From an uncultured virus (IMG/VR IMGVR_UViG_3300027573_000022) (Duplodnaviria; Heunggongvirae; Uroviricota; Caudoviricetes), in IMG/VR virus record IMGVR_UViG_3300027573_000022: DNA of 64,000 bases; one strand, given 5' to 3'. The notes beneath the pieces are model-generated. The model made no database searches and was not told the DNA's origin. It saw only the letters and a list, made by a program, of their open reading frames with translations. A program made the position numbers and the translations under genes. This document shows positions 1 through 8,628 of the stretch, piece by piece; position 1 is the stretch's first letter; every line of letters starts with the position of its first letter.

Positions 1-250
1 AAGACGCGGACGGCGGCGGCGAGCCGGTCGGCGTCCGCACGCGCCGCGTCACGAGCGGCTTCAATGCCTTCGATCACTCCCGCGAGGTAATGGGCGATCT
101 TGTCGCGCTCAGCCCCACCCTCGTCGCAGAGGCGGCGGGTAGGGCACGGCCACGGCTTGAAGCATTGCGCACAGCCGACAACGTACGGGGTTATGTCGAC
201 GGCTTTCCGTGTTTGCGCCGTGTGCAGCTCGGCGATGCGTTCGAGCGCGC

Positions 251-553
251 TCACGGCAACCTCTCCTTCGCTCGACGCAGCAGGTCGGGTTCAGCCCCCC
301 GCAGTAGTGTGATGAGGCGTGTGTATGGGTACGGCCGCTTGCGGGAGACGATGCGACGACGTTGCCGCTCGGACTGGCCACCCCACGTGCCGTGCTCGAT
401 CTTGTTCGCCAGCGCGTAGGCGAGACACGTCGCCCGTACCGGACACACGTTGCACTTCCGCCGCTGCTCGACGATCGGTGCGTCGAAGAACCCGAGGTCG
501 GAGGCGCACCGCGCCTCCGACCTCCAGGCCTCCCGCTCGAGCAGGGTGCTCAC
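251..553 (-). CDS. whiB: WhiB-family transcriptional regulator
   Basis: W-x5-C ... CxxCPVRxxCLxYAL ... HGTWGG.SERQR; four Cys plus the WhiB turn. Confidence 0.9.
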   Translation of the reverse strand: MSTLLEREAWRSEARCASDLGFFDAPIVEQRRKCNVCPVRATCLAYALANKIEHGTWGGQSERQRRRIVSRKRPYPYTRLITLLRGAEPDLLRRAKERLP

Positions 554-1497
554 TGGGCGTTGAGAAGCAGACGCTTCCCGAAGTCGGAGCGCAGACCCGC
601 GCCGTAGCCGAAGGTCTGGCTGAGGAAGCGACCCTCCTGCGAACGGCTGGTGACCACGTGTTCACCGTACTCGCCGAACGCGTTCAGTGCGCCCCACGCG
701 GTGGGACGAACGTCGTCGGCGAGGGTGGGGGTGAGGCTGCGGTGTGCGAGGATCGACTGGATCGCCTCGGCGCGCTTGGGCCGCTCGGGAAGGACGTCCT
801 CGAGGAGCTTGCGCATCAGGTCGTCCTCGACCTGGCTGGCGAGCAGGATCTCCGCGTTGGCCTTGAACTCCTCCGCGTACTTGAAGGTCAGCTTGAGCGT
901 CTCGCGTGCCTCGGCGACCTTACCCTTGACGGAGTTCGTGTGGCGAATCTGCCACGACGTCTTCGTCGCGCCCCACGCCATGTTCAGCGTGTTCCAGCAG
1001 ACGACCCGGATGGGCGTGACGTCCGCGCGGATGCCGCGTGACCCGTCGTGACTGGTGGAAAGGAGGATGTACAACTCGTGCAGGTCCTCGTCGCCGATGA
1101 GGATCTCCTGCGGGACCTTCATCGTCAGAAACACAACACGGCCCCCACGCAGGGAGCCGGCGGTTTCGTACTTGGCCTCGCCGGTGTCGACGAGTGTGTC
1201 CATGAAGTCGAATGCTTCACCGTTCTGGAAGGGCGTGTATACCTTGCCCACGGTGCCGAGGACCTTGTCGTCCACGTCGCGGGTCACGGCGAACCGGTCG
1301 CTGATCGGGACGTAGGTTCCGTCCGGCTTCTGTGAGAAGATCGGGCGAAGGTCGACTGTCCAGTCGAGCTGGGCGGTGACCAGCGCCTCCTTAGCCGTGA
1401 GGACGTCGGGAACGACGACCCCCAGGCGATGCCAGGCCTCGACGCGGGAGCTGAAGAAGCATCCCACCCCGTTGCGAATCTCAACCGCTGCGGTCAT
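550..1497 (-). CDS. DUF932 family phage/plasmid protein
   Basis: AWHRLG, YTPFQN, ETAGSLRGG, SHDGS, TPIRVVCWNTL motifs; start moved to ATG 1497, which follows an AGGAG RBS. Confidence 0.85.
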   Translation of the reverse strand: MTAAVEIRNGVGCFFSSRVEAWHRLGVVVPDVLTAKEALVTAQLDWTVDLRPIFSQKPDGTYVPISDRFAVTRDVDDKVLGTVGKVYTPFQNGEAFDFMDTLVDTGEAKYETAGSLRGGRVVFLTMKVPQEILIGDEDLHELYILLSTSHDGSRGIRADVTPIRVVCWNTLNMAWGATKTSWQIRHTNSVKGKVAEARETLKLTFKYAEEFKANAEILLASQVEDDLMRKLLEDVLPERPKRAEAIQSILAHRSLTPTLADDVRPTAWGALNAFGEYGEHVVTSRSQEGRFLSQTFGYGAGLRSDFGKRLLLNAQ

Positions 1498-1540
1498 GAT
1501 GTCTCCTGTCTTGGTCTGCGGCACGGGTTGCCGTATGTAC

Positions 1541-1568
1541 ATAATATCACGACATCGAGCGATGTCAA
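1541..1568 (-). promoter_or_regulatory. Sigma70/SigA-like promoter (TTGACA-16-TATTAT, extended TG) overlapped by a palindrome
   Basis: Minus strand reads TTGACA tcgctcgatgtcgtga TATTAT; GACATCG-AG-CGATGTC inverted repeat at 1551-1566. Confidence 0.75.
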
Positions 1569-1611
1569 CTCAGAGCATCAAAAATCATTAGACGATTAGT
1601 GATGCGATGCC

Positions 1612-1830
1612 TCACGGGCCCTCCTCCCCCGTGATCTTGCGCACCCAGCCGTTGGTGTCCTCCACACGGCGAAGTTCACCAACGACGCAAGCTGCGTCGT
1701 GGTTGAGGGCGCGCGGACCGGAGTGACCCTTCACCCACAGCCACTCCGCACCACACCCGGGACACGGGTCTCCACGTTCGATGGCTTCGCTGATGTTGAA
1801 CCAGTCGGCGAGGGCTTCCTCGAGTGTCAT
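1612..1830 (-). CDS. Hypothetical protein with CPGC motif
   Basis: Start overlaps the stop of the upstream gene (ATGA); 72 aa. Confidence 0.6.
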   Translation of the reverse strand: MTLEEALADWFNISEAIERGDPCPGCGAEWLWVKGHSGPRALNHDAACVVGELRRVEDTNGWVRKITGEEGP

Positions 1831-2015
1831 CGCAGGTACCGATCATTCGCGGCGAGATATGCGTTCACCGTATCGGTGCACGGGAAGTTCGCGACGATCT
1901 CACCGGTGTCGAGGAAGACGCGTATGGCCGCAACTTGCGCGTCGGTGTAGTTGCGGAACGCCCACCCATGAAGGAGACGTGTCCGCTCCGAGAAGGTGAG
2001 AAGAGTCTTGGTCAT
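1827..2015 (-). CDS. Hypothetical protein, probably leaderless
   Basis: ATG lies 6 nt downstream of a TATTAT -10 box. Confidence 0.6.
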   Translation of the reverse strand: MTKTLLTFSERTRLLHGWAFRNYTDAQVAAIRVFLDTGEIVANFPCTDTVNAYLAANDRYLR

Positions 2016-2021
2016 AAGTAC

Positions 2022-2050
2022 ATAATATCAAGTAAGATTGGGCGTGTCAA
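2022..2050 (-). promoter_or_regulatory. Near-consensus sigma70/SigA-like promoter TTGACA-17-TATTAT
   Basis: Read directly; shares the 13-mer gtacataatatca (2018-2030) with the promoter at 1537-1549. Confidence 0.8.
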
Positions 2051-2238
2051 CCCCACAGGGCAAGGCTGGCGAACAGCAGGAACACCAGTAGAACGGCGAT
2101 GCAGATCCCGCCCAGGATGAACCCCACCTCGGCGAGGAAGCGGTGCCACTCGGGAAAGCGACGCTTGGCGCCGTGCTCGAACGCCATCGTGAGAAGCCCG
2201 ATGGCGAACCAGCCCAGGGCGAGGTAGAGGAGGCCCAC
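2047..2238 (-). CDS. Small membrane protein (2 TM)
   Basis: Two hydrophobic stretches; abuts the upstream gene. Confidence 0.65.
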   Translation of the reverse strand: MGLLYLALGWFAIGLLTMAFEHGAKRRFPEWHRFLAEVGFILGGICIAVLLVFLLFASLALWG

Positions 2239-2745
2239 CTACGCGGTAAGCCGCCACGCCCTCCAGCCGGACTCGTCGTACATCTGCTTCGCCAGCATCA
2301 CATCCGCGTAGCAGTCGGGTCCGGCGACCTCCGCCCACGTGAAACCCATGCGCCGGGCACGCGCCTCGTGCAGACGAAGATGCTGGAACAGACCCGACGC
2401 ACTCGAGCGCGGGTTCTTGGCATCACACCTAAGACCCGACTCCCGGCGTGCGATCTTGAGAGCACGCTCCTCCTGGCCGGTGCCGTGCCACGCGATGCGG
2501 ATGAGCGTCTCCGCCGGTAGTGCGCGGATGTACGCGAGGATCTGCACGGGTGTAGGTGGGATCGGGATCACAGCCTCCGGGATGGGAACGGGCGCGAGAG
2601 GTTCGGGCACGTCCGCCGCCGGTGGAGCGATCTGAGGTGGGGGAGGAATGAAGGATACGGAGATCCCAAAGTCCTCGGCCGCCGCTGGGGCGACGACTGC
2701 AGTGCTCAAGAGGGCGGCGGCGACCAGCACCGCGCGTAACCTCAC
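2239..2745 (-). CDS. Secreted lytic transglycosylase (SLT/lysozyme-like)
   Basis: Signal-peptide-like N-terminus, Pro-rich linker, IARRESG...NPRSSASGLFQ...GWRAW. Confidence 0.8.
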   Translation of the reverse strand: MRLRAVLVAAALLSTAVVAPAAAEDFGISVSFIPPPPQIAPPAADVPEPLAPVPIPEAVIPIPPTPVQILAYIRALPAETLIRIAWHGTGQEERALKIARRESGLRCDAKNPRSSASGLFQHLRLHEARARRMGFTWAEVAGPDCYADVMLAKQMYDESGWRAWRLTA

Positions 2746-4310
2746 TCGGCCCGATGGGCCGCCTGAAGCACCGGTGGTTGAGTGGCCTGAGCTGCGAACC
2801 CAATGTTCATAGGTTCCTCCTCTGGGTTGTGATCCTGTGACTCTAGCTTGGTCACCTCGGCTATAAGGGCCAGCCCCAGCCTGCGAGCACGCTCGAGGCT
2901 GAGCATGAAGAAGGGTTGCTCATTCTCATTGATCGTGACTCCCTCACTCGTCGTGGAGAACGTGAGTGGCCCGGCGTGCCGAACGCTGAAGGGTGGCGTG
3001 GGAGTGTCGGACACGGGTTCCTCCTCGGGTGCGGGTGTAGGCGTGAAGGTCGGGTACTGCTTGGCGACCTGGATGCAGCGCTTCTCACGTTGGGTAAGGC
3101 GTGCCTTCCCGTACGAGACGTCGATGGCGAACTCCCGCTCACCGAGCGGCACACCCGAGTACTCACGCGGGTTGCCCTCGAGGGCGTCCATCACCTGCTC
3201 ACCCAGCCAGCGGCCGGCGTCGACGGGAATGCCCTTGCCCCAGTAGAACACAGGCTTGCGCCCGAGTGCCTCGAGCGGCGCGATCTTCCAGTCGTCCGGG
3301 AAACCCTGGATGCGTGCACACTCCCGCATCGTCATGAAGCGCGGCTGGTTGGGGTGGATGACCTTGATGCCGGTCGCGCCGTCCACCACGCGGGTGAGGC
3401 GGTCGTAGTCCCAGCGGATCTCGCTGGACGGGCCGGCGATCCAGTTGTGGCGCTCCATCTTCTCCTGCCACTTCTCGGCCCACACGGGCATCTTCCCGTT
3501 GCGGTCGAAGTAGCGCTTGATGGGTTGACCCACCTGCTCGCCGGGCATCCACCCGACGTCCTCGGCGAGCTCAAGCACGCGGGTGAGGCGACCCACCGTC
3601 GATGAGTACGAGAAGTGCCCATCCACGCATCCGGAGGCGGAGCGTCTGGTCGCCGCCCAGTCGCTCAGCGGTGCCCGGTCGTAGGGTTGGGCATGCCAGG
3701 TGTCGCGGAGCGTCTCGAGGTCACCGATGGCCTCCCTGAGTGTCTGCGGCCCGCGGTCAGCCTCCGTCGGAACGGTGACGCCGAACGGAATGCGGCTGAG
3801 GAGGAAGAAGTAGCGCGGACGCCACGCCGGTCCGCCCAGTGCGTTCGCGTTCTGCAGCACGTGGAAGAGTGTCCACTGCTTGCCCGAGTGCTCCTCGACC
3901 CGGGCACGAAGCGCCCGCATCAGGTGTAGGCCCTTGGAGAACGCGGGCTGCACCGACTCGAATGCGATGACGCGGGCGTCGGTGCGGGCGCCGAACTCGG
4001 CCAGTGCCCACATGCACGCATTGATCTTCGAGTCCGCGCCACGGTCGAACGTCTTGCTCATGCCGGTCAGCGCGGAGAACGCACTGCACGGCGGGTTCCC
4101 GAAGACGAAGTCGATGTCGTCGGGGACGGTCCAGCGTTCGGCGGGCCCGTCCTCGTAGTGCAGGTTCGGGTTGATGAGGTCGAGGTTCGCGAGCACACTA
4201 GGTGCACCGAACCCACCCGGGAGTTCACGCTTCGCCACGACCTCGAACCCGGCCTCCACGACGCCGCGGGTGAAGCCACCCGCGAAGCACTCGACGTCAA
4301 CCGCCCTCAA
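2742..4310 (-). CDS. C5 DNA cytosine methyltransferase-like protein with atypical motifs
   Basis: ECFAGGF (motif I), GNPPC (IV), ESV (VI), RPRYF (VIII), RECARIQGFPDDW (IX), GKGIP (X); probable TTG start at 4310 after GGAGGAG. Confidence 0.85.
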   Translation of the reverse strand: MRAVDVECFAGGFTRGVVEAGFEVVAKRELPGGFGAPSVLANLDLINPNLHYEDGPAERWTVPDDIDFVFGNPPCSAFSALTGMSKTFDRGADSKINACMWALAEFGARTDARVIAFESVQPAFSKGLHLMRALRARVEEHSGKQWTLFHVLQNANALGGPAWRPRYFFLLSRIPFGVTVPTEADRGPQTLREAIGDLETLRDTWHAQPYDRAPLSDWAATRRSASGCVDGHFSYSSTVGRLTRVLELAEDVGWMPGEQVGQPIKRYFDRNGKMPVWAEKWQEKMERHNWIAGPSSEIRWDYDRLTRVVDGATGIKVIHPNQPRFMTMRECARIQGFPDDWKIAPLEALGRKPVFYWGKGIPVDAGRWLGEQVMDALEGNPREYSGVPLGEREFAIDVSYGKARLTQREKRCIQVAKQYPTFTPTPAPEEEPVSDTPTPPFSVRHAGPLTFSTTSEGVTINENEQPFFMLSLERARRLGLALIAEVTKLESQDHNPEEEPMNIGFAAQATQPPVLQAAHRAE

Positions 4311-4527
4311 ACTGACTCCTCCGTAGACCCCACGCGGTCCAGCCGTAGCGGGTGTCATTGTCGAAGGTGTCGACACCTACGACGCGAACCTCGGCGAAGA
4401 TGCTGGTGACCTTCGTCCCGTGTGGGAGTGCACCCAACTCATCGGGTGTGAGAAGATACACCGGGTCGGGATCTGAGCCCGACCACGGGTTCTCGGTGTG
4501 GAAGGACGATGGAGCGGGAAGGCTCAC
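4297..4527 (-). CDS. Hypothetical protein
   Basis: Fills the gap between neighbours, overlapping both. Confidence 0.55.
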   Translation of the reverse strand: MSLPAPSSFHTENPWSGSDPDPVYLLTPDELGALPHGTKVTSIFAEVRVVGVDTFDNDTRYGWTAWGLRRSQFEGG

Positions 4528-4898
4528 GTACCCAACCTAGCCGTGTAGCCCTCACGCACCCGGCGAAAGTTCTCGGCCTGCTTGAGACGGTACCTCGTCC
4601 AGAACTCGCTCTCGGTGACGCCGACCGCGACGAGGATGTTGCCGATGAAGTGCGTCACATCCACGAGTTCCTCGGTGAGTGCGTCCTTGTTGACGCGACC
4701 CTGACCCTGTGACCACGGCTTCCAGTCGACCTCGCCCATGGCCTCACCCAGCTCGGCGAAGGCCGCGAGGAAGTTCCACCGTACGAACTCGGCCAGGGCC
4801 ACGTCCTCGAGCGGCATCACGGTGTACCCGTGTTCAGCTTGAAGTTCCTGGGTCGACTGGAGCCACCGCCACTCATCGAGTGTGCGGTCACTCATCAC
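4524..4898 (-). CDS. All-alpha NTP pyrophosphatase (MazG/dimeric dUTPase/T4 gp56 dCTPase-like)
   Basis: AELGEA.GEVDWKPW ... EELVDVTHF ... Y..K..EN..R motifs. Confidence 0.8.
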   Translation of the reverse strand: MMSDRTLDEWRWLQSTQELQAEHGYTVMPLEDVALAEFVRWNFLAAFAELGEAMGEVDWKPWSQGQGRVNKDALTEELVDVTHFIGNILVAVGVTESEFWTRYRLKQAENFRRVREGYTARLGT

Positions 4899-5191
4899 AC
4901 GACCGTTGGCGCGGGAGGTGTGGCGGGAATGTCCGGCTGGACGGGCGCGGCGGGTTCGTCACTCAGTGTGGCGCCGCGCTCGGGAAGCGTCACACCCAGG
5001 ACCCGCTCAAGCGCCTCACGCTCGGACACGGTGGGCGTGCGCTGGATCTCGATGTTCGCGAGCTTCGCGACGGTGAAGCCCTCGATGCCCACCTGCTCCA
5101 CGACCTGGGCGCGGCTCAGGTTGGCCTTCTCTCGCGCGGCACGGATCGCCGAAGAGAGGGTGTTCTTTGCATCAATGGACGTGCGGGGCAT
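4895..5191 (-). CDS. XRE-family HTH protein
   Basis: IRAAREKANLSRAQV...LANIE...LERVLGV; AAAGGA RBS; TACAGT -10 at 5219-5224. Confidence 0.75.
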   Translation of the reverse strand: MPRTSIDAKNTLSSAIRAAREKANLSRAQVVEQVGIEGFTVAKLANIEIQRTPTVSEREALERVLGVTLPERGATLSDEPAAPVQPDIPATPPAPTVV

Positions 5192-5226
5192 GTCTTGGTC
5201 CTTTCGTTGAATGGGACGACTGTACC

Positions 5227-5820
5227 TTACACTACATCGAACCGTGCACGTGGCTCCCGCGAAGGTTCCCGACCCGAACCCATGTTGCGGTACCGAGCGC
5301 CCAGGTCCCCGTCGGGATGACCGGCCGCGAGGTCCATCACGGGTAAGTCATCACCGATCATGCACGCGATCGCCGTCACGTATGCAAGCTGCCCGTGAAG
5401 TGACGCAGATGGGATCGTGCCGTGCACACCACCCTCCCCCGGAATGACGTAGCGACAGACGACGACCTCGGGCGCCATCGGGTTGTGGGCACCTCCGGTA
5501 ATGAGGACGTAGCGGCGCGTAGTCCGCAGAACGGTCAGAATCTCCTCCGTCAACCCCGAGTGCGACAGAGCAAGAATCGCCGGCCTTGGCGATGACCTCA
5601 GGACTGTCAGCCCGCCGTGCAGCAGGTTGGTCGCGTGGATCGGGATGGCGGGCCTCCCAACGGACTGGAGTAGGCTTGCCGCGAGGCGTGCCATGTCGTC
5701 GGACTTTCCGATTCCCGTGCACACGATCACGGATGAGTCGACGAGAAGTTGTTTCGCGTTGAACGCGATCTCATCGGACACGGTTCCAAGTGCGGCGGTT
5801 GCGGCGGTTCGTAGGTTCAC
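5227..5820 (-). CDS. SIS-domain sugar-phosphate isomerase (KdsD/GutQ arabinose-5-phosphate isomerase-like, no CBS pair)
   Basis: TGIGKS...A...S.G..A..H...LHGGL...LSHSG.TEE; GTGA coupling at 5817-5820. Confidence 0.8.
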   Translation of the reverse strand: MNLRTAATAALGTVSDEIAFNAKQLLVDSSVIVCTGIGKSDDMARLAASLLQSVGRPAIPIHATNLLHGGLTVLRSSPRPAILALSHSGLTEEILTVLRTTRRYVLITGGAHNPMAPEVVVCRYVIPGEGGVHGTIPSASLHGQLAYVTAIACMIGDDLPVMDLAAGHPDGDLGARYRNMGSGREPSREPRARFDVV

Positions 5821-7325
5821 CAGATGACCTCCCGTGCTCGGGCTCGGGCTGCGGTTAGCAGCCACTCACGTTGACGTGCGGTGTGAAGGGGAACCGCCGC
5901 AAACAGCATGAGTGCCTCGATGATGTCAAGTTCACGCTTCGTCACCTCCGGGAACGGCGCCATGATCACGTCATCGAGGGCCAGGTCTAGCTCGGGTGAA
6001 ACGGTCGGTCCGATTCCGTGCTGATCGAACTCGTCGAAGTTGATGGCGGCGAAGTTGTCGGCGTACGAGTACCGCAGCTTGGCGAGGTCGTAGCGCACAT
6101 CACCGGTGCCGGCGGGCATGCGTCCCCACGCACCGCGCGGGTCGACCAGCTTCACCGTCTCGGTGCCCAGGCTGAACAGCACGTTGCAGAAGTTCGGGTC
6201 ACCGTGAATGTAGCGTGGAATGACGGTGTCGATGAGTTCTTCCTCGGCGACCTTGAGGAGGGCGATGTTCAGCGGAGTCTCCTCGACGCCGGCCATGACC
6301 ATACGCTCCCGGGTCTTCTCCACGTACATGAGACGGGCTGACTCGGTCGCGCTGCTCTCGGGCGCCTTCACACCCCACGGCCCATCCCACATGAGGTCGA
6401 CGACGGTTCGCATGATGTGTGTCCACGTGACGGTCGGGAGTTCCCAGTACAACAGAAGCTCGGCCAATGTGGGATGATCGATGAAGTCTGTGATGATGCA
6501 GTCGGGCGTGCAGGTATGCACCTGCGGGATCAGCCACGGCCACTTGGTTCGGAACCACTCCCAACCCCGTGCCTCGGAGTGTAGGCCGCCCGGTCGGGCC
6601 GGGGTCTTCGTCATACGCCCGTACTCATCGAGGCTTAGGCGATGATGATCACGACGCACGAACATCTGACGTCGTGCGTCAGCGAGTGCACCCAGGTCAC
6701 CGGCGTCCAGCCAGGTGGAAAGCATCAGCTGCGGAAGTTGCAGGTAGGTAAGTAGGGGAGCCATACCCTCGCCCTGGAAGCGTTGCCCCCGCACGCGAGC
6801 GACCGAGAACTGGTTGAGGAAGTACGCACCGATGCACACGGACTCGACGGTGTCGGTGTGCGGGACGCCGTCCACGTAGGCCCGCGGTGACACGGGGTAG
6901 CACCAGCTGCGGTACAGGTCAAGGGGAGCGCACACACCGCACACAGACTCTTCACGGGAGACGAGGGTGCAGACGTCGACCTCATCGAGCCACGTGTCGG
7001 CCATCATCACCAGCGCCTCATTGCCTGGGGGGACGTTGCGGACCCCGATGCAGAAGGCGTCCGCCGGTCCGCGTGGGTAGGGCTGCTCGGTGAAGACGAT
7101 GGGCATGCGGTAGCCGCGCGTCATGTGGCGCACGGCCGTCTGCAGTGTGATGGAGTTCGGCGGGATGACCATGATCACCTGGTCCGCGTTGACCGCGCGG
7201 GCGCGGGCGAGCTGGTGGGCGATCATCGGCTTCCCACCGACGGTCACCAGCGCCTTGTTGCCCTGGGCGAGCGGACCCAGGCGGGTCGCGAGTCCGCCGG
7301 CCATGATGACGACGCTAAGACCCAC
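5817..7325 (-). CDS. Nucleotidyltransferase fused to an aminoglycoside-phosphotransferase-like kinase
   Basis: N-terminal IMAGGLATRL...NKALV, EQPYPRGPAD, WLDAG; C-terminal IHGDPNFCNV, LVDPRG, YDLAKL. Confidence 0.85.
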   Translation of the reverse strand: MGLSVVIMAGGLATRLGPLAQGNKALVTVGGKPMIAHQLARARAVNADQVIMVIPPNSITLQTAVRHMTRGYRMPIVFTEQPYPRGPADAFCIGVRNVPPGNEALVMMADTWLDEVDVCTLVSREESVCGVCAPLDLYRSWCYPVSPRAYVDGVPHTDTVESVCIGAYFLNQFSVARVRGQRFQGEGMAPLLTYLQLPQLMLSTWLDAGDLGALADARRQMFVRRDHHRLSLDEYGRMTKTPARPGGLHSEARGWEWFRTKWPWLIPQVHTCTPDCIITDFIDHPTLAELLLYWELPTVTWTHIMRTVVDLMWDGPWGVKAPESSATESARLMYVEKTRERMVMAGVEETPLNIALLKVAEEELIDTVIPRYIHGDPNFCNVLFSLGTETVKLVDPRGAWGRMPAGTGDVRYDLAKLRYSYADNFAAINFDEFDQHGIGPTVSPELDLALDDVIMAPFPEVTKRELDIIEALMLFAAVPLHTARQREWLLTAARARAREVIW

Positions 7326-8625
7326 CGATTCCCACCCTCCGCTCGATCTCGCACACGGCCTGCTTCTCGTCGGCGGCCTGCCGGTACCGACGATACTGCT
7401 CGCGCACCAGCCAGGTCCAGTCACTCTGCCCGGCCCGGGTGGAAAGGTGATCGACCCGCTTACGCAGGATCTCGGGCGTCGTCACGCGCAGCCAGTCACT
7501 CAGTGGGTCGTCCCGAAGTGGGATGACGTTGCCCTGGGTGTCATACTGCGGGTGAAAGAAACAGACGACGCCCATCTTGAACGCCTCCCACGGCTTCGTC
7601 GTCGCCCAACCCGACCCCGATGACGGCGTGGTGAAGGTGCAGCGCGTGGAGTTGAGCATGGGCCACTGCTCTTCCCAGTCGATGGGAGTCACCACCCGGC
7701 CCAGGCGCGGCGCCGAAGTCTTCGACCACGTACCATGAACCCAGTCCGGGTCGAGCGGTAGAACCCAGTCGAGCATGGCCTGCAGCCGCGTCCACCGGAT
7801 GCCGTCCTTGCGTGCCTCATTGATGACGATGCCGAACCGTACACGGTCCTCCCACGGACGAGGTTCGGTGTACTCGTCCGGGATGCCGACGATCTCGAGG
7901 CGGGAGTACGTGTAGTGATGCTCGGCCTCCCAGATGGTGTTGTCCTGCAGACTCTTCACACCGGTCGGCGCCGGCGCGGGATCGTAGTAGCGCCAGTGCT
8001 TCTGCCGGCGGCTCCAGTCGAACTGACACATGATGGACCCGGGTGGATGCTTGACGTCGCGCGCCTTGAGGTAGTTGCGCACGTCGGGACACAGCCACAC
8101 CTCCTCGTGATCGTGGTGCGTGTCGCGCCACCGGTTCAGTCCGGCGATGATCGGGCCGGCGTAGTAGAGCGAGTCCTCGTGCGGCGTGGTGGTGACACCC
8201 GGCTCGGCGACCATCGGAATCGCCGAGTTGCTGGTGCCGTGCTGGCCCAGCCATAGGACGAGGCCGTCGAGGTCCTCGTAGGCATCCACCGACGCGTCGG
8301 CAAACACCCGGGCTGCGGCGATCGACCACTGCGCCCGCACCGACTTGTCACTCTCACCCATCTTAGGTGGCGGGCCGAGCGTCTCCTTGATGATTTTCTT
8401 CGACATGACGTCCCACTCGGTCCACGGGTTGGTGACGTTGTCCGGTAGGCCGGCCTCCACCGGTGACTCCCGGGAGTTGCGTCCCACGATCACCCACTCG
8501 ACCTCGGGGTTCCGACGTGCGAGTGTGTCGAGGAGGATCACCGGCTCGTTGTCGCCACCGACCTCACCCCACTTGCGCGGGGTAAGCCCAATCGACCTTC
8601 CCAGCTTCGCGTAACCTATCCTCAC
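7315..8625 (-). CDS. GT-B glycosyltransferase, T4 beta-glucosyltransferase-like (putative DNA glycosyltransferase)
   Basis: C-terminal ATTKPWEA...FHPQYDTQ...V.TPEIL.KRVD.L resembles the T4 BGT C-terminus as recalled; adjacent to NDP-sugar genes. Confidence 0.65.
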   Translation of the reverse strand: MRIGYAKLGRSIGLTPRKWGEVGGDNEPVILLDTLARRNPEVEWVIVGRNSRESPVEAGLPDNVTNPWTEWDVMSKKIIKETLGPPPKMGESDKSVRAQWSIAAARVFADASVDAYEDLDGLVLWLGQHGTSNSAIPMVAEPGVTTTPHEDSLYYAGPIIAGLNRWRDTHHDHEEVWLCPDVRNYLKARDVKHPPGSIMCQFDWSRRQKHWRYYDPAPAPTGVKSLQDNTIWEAEHHYTYSRLEIVGIPDEYTEPRPWEDRVRFGIVINEARKDGIRWTRLQAMLDWVLPLDPDWVHGTWSKTSAPRLGRVVTPIDWEEQWPMLNSTRCTFTTPSSGSGWATTKPWEAFKMGVVCFFHPQYDTQGNVIPLRDDPLSDWLRVTTPEILRKRVDHLSTRAGQSDWTWLVREQYRRYRQAADEKQAVCEIERRVGIGGS

Positions 8626-8628
8626 GGC

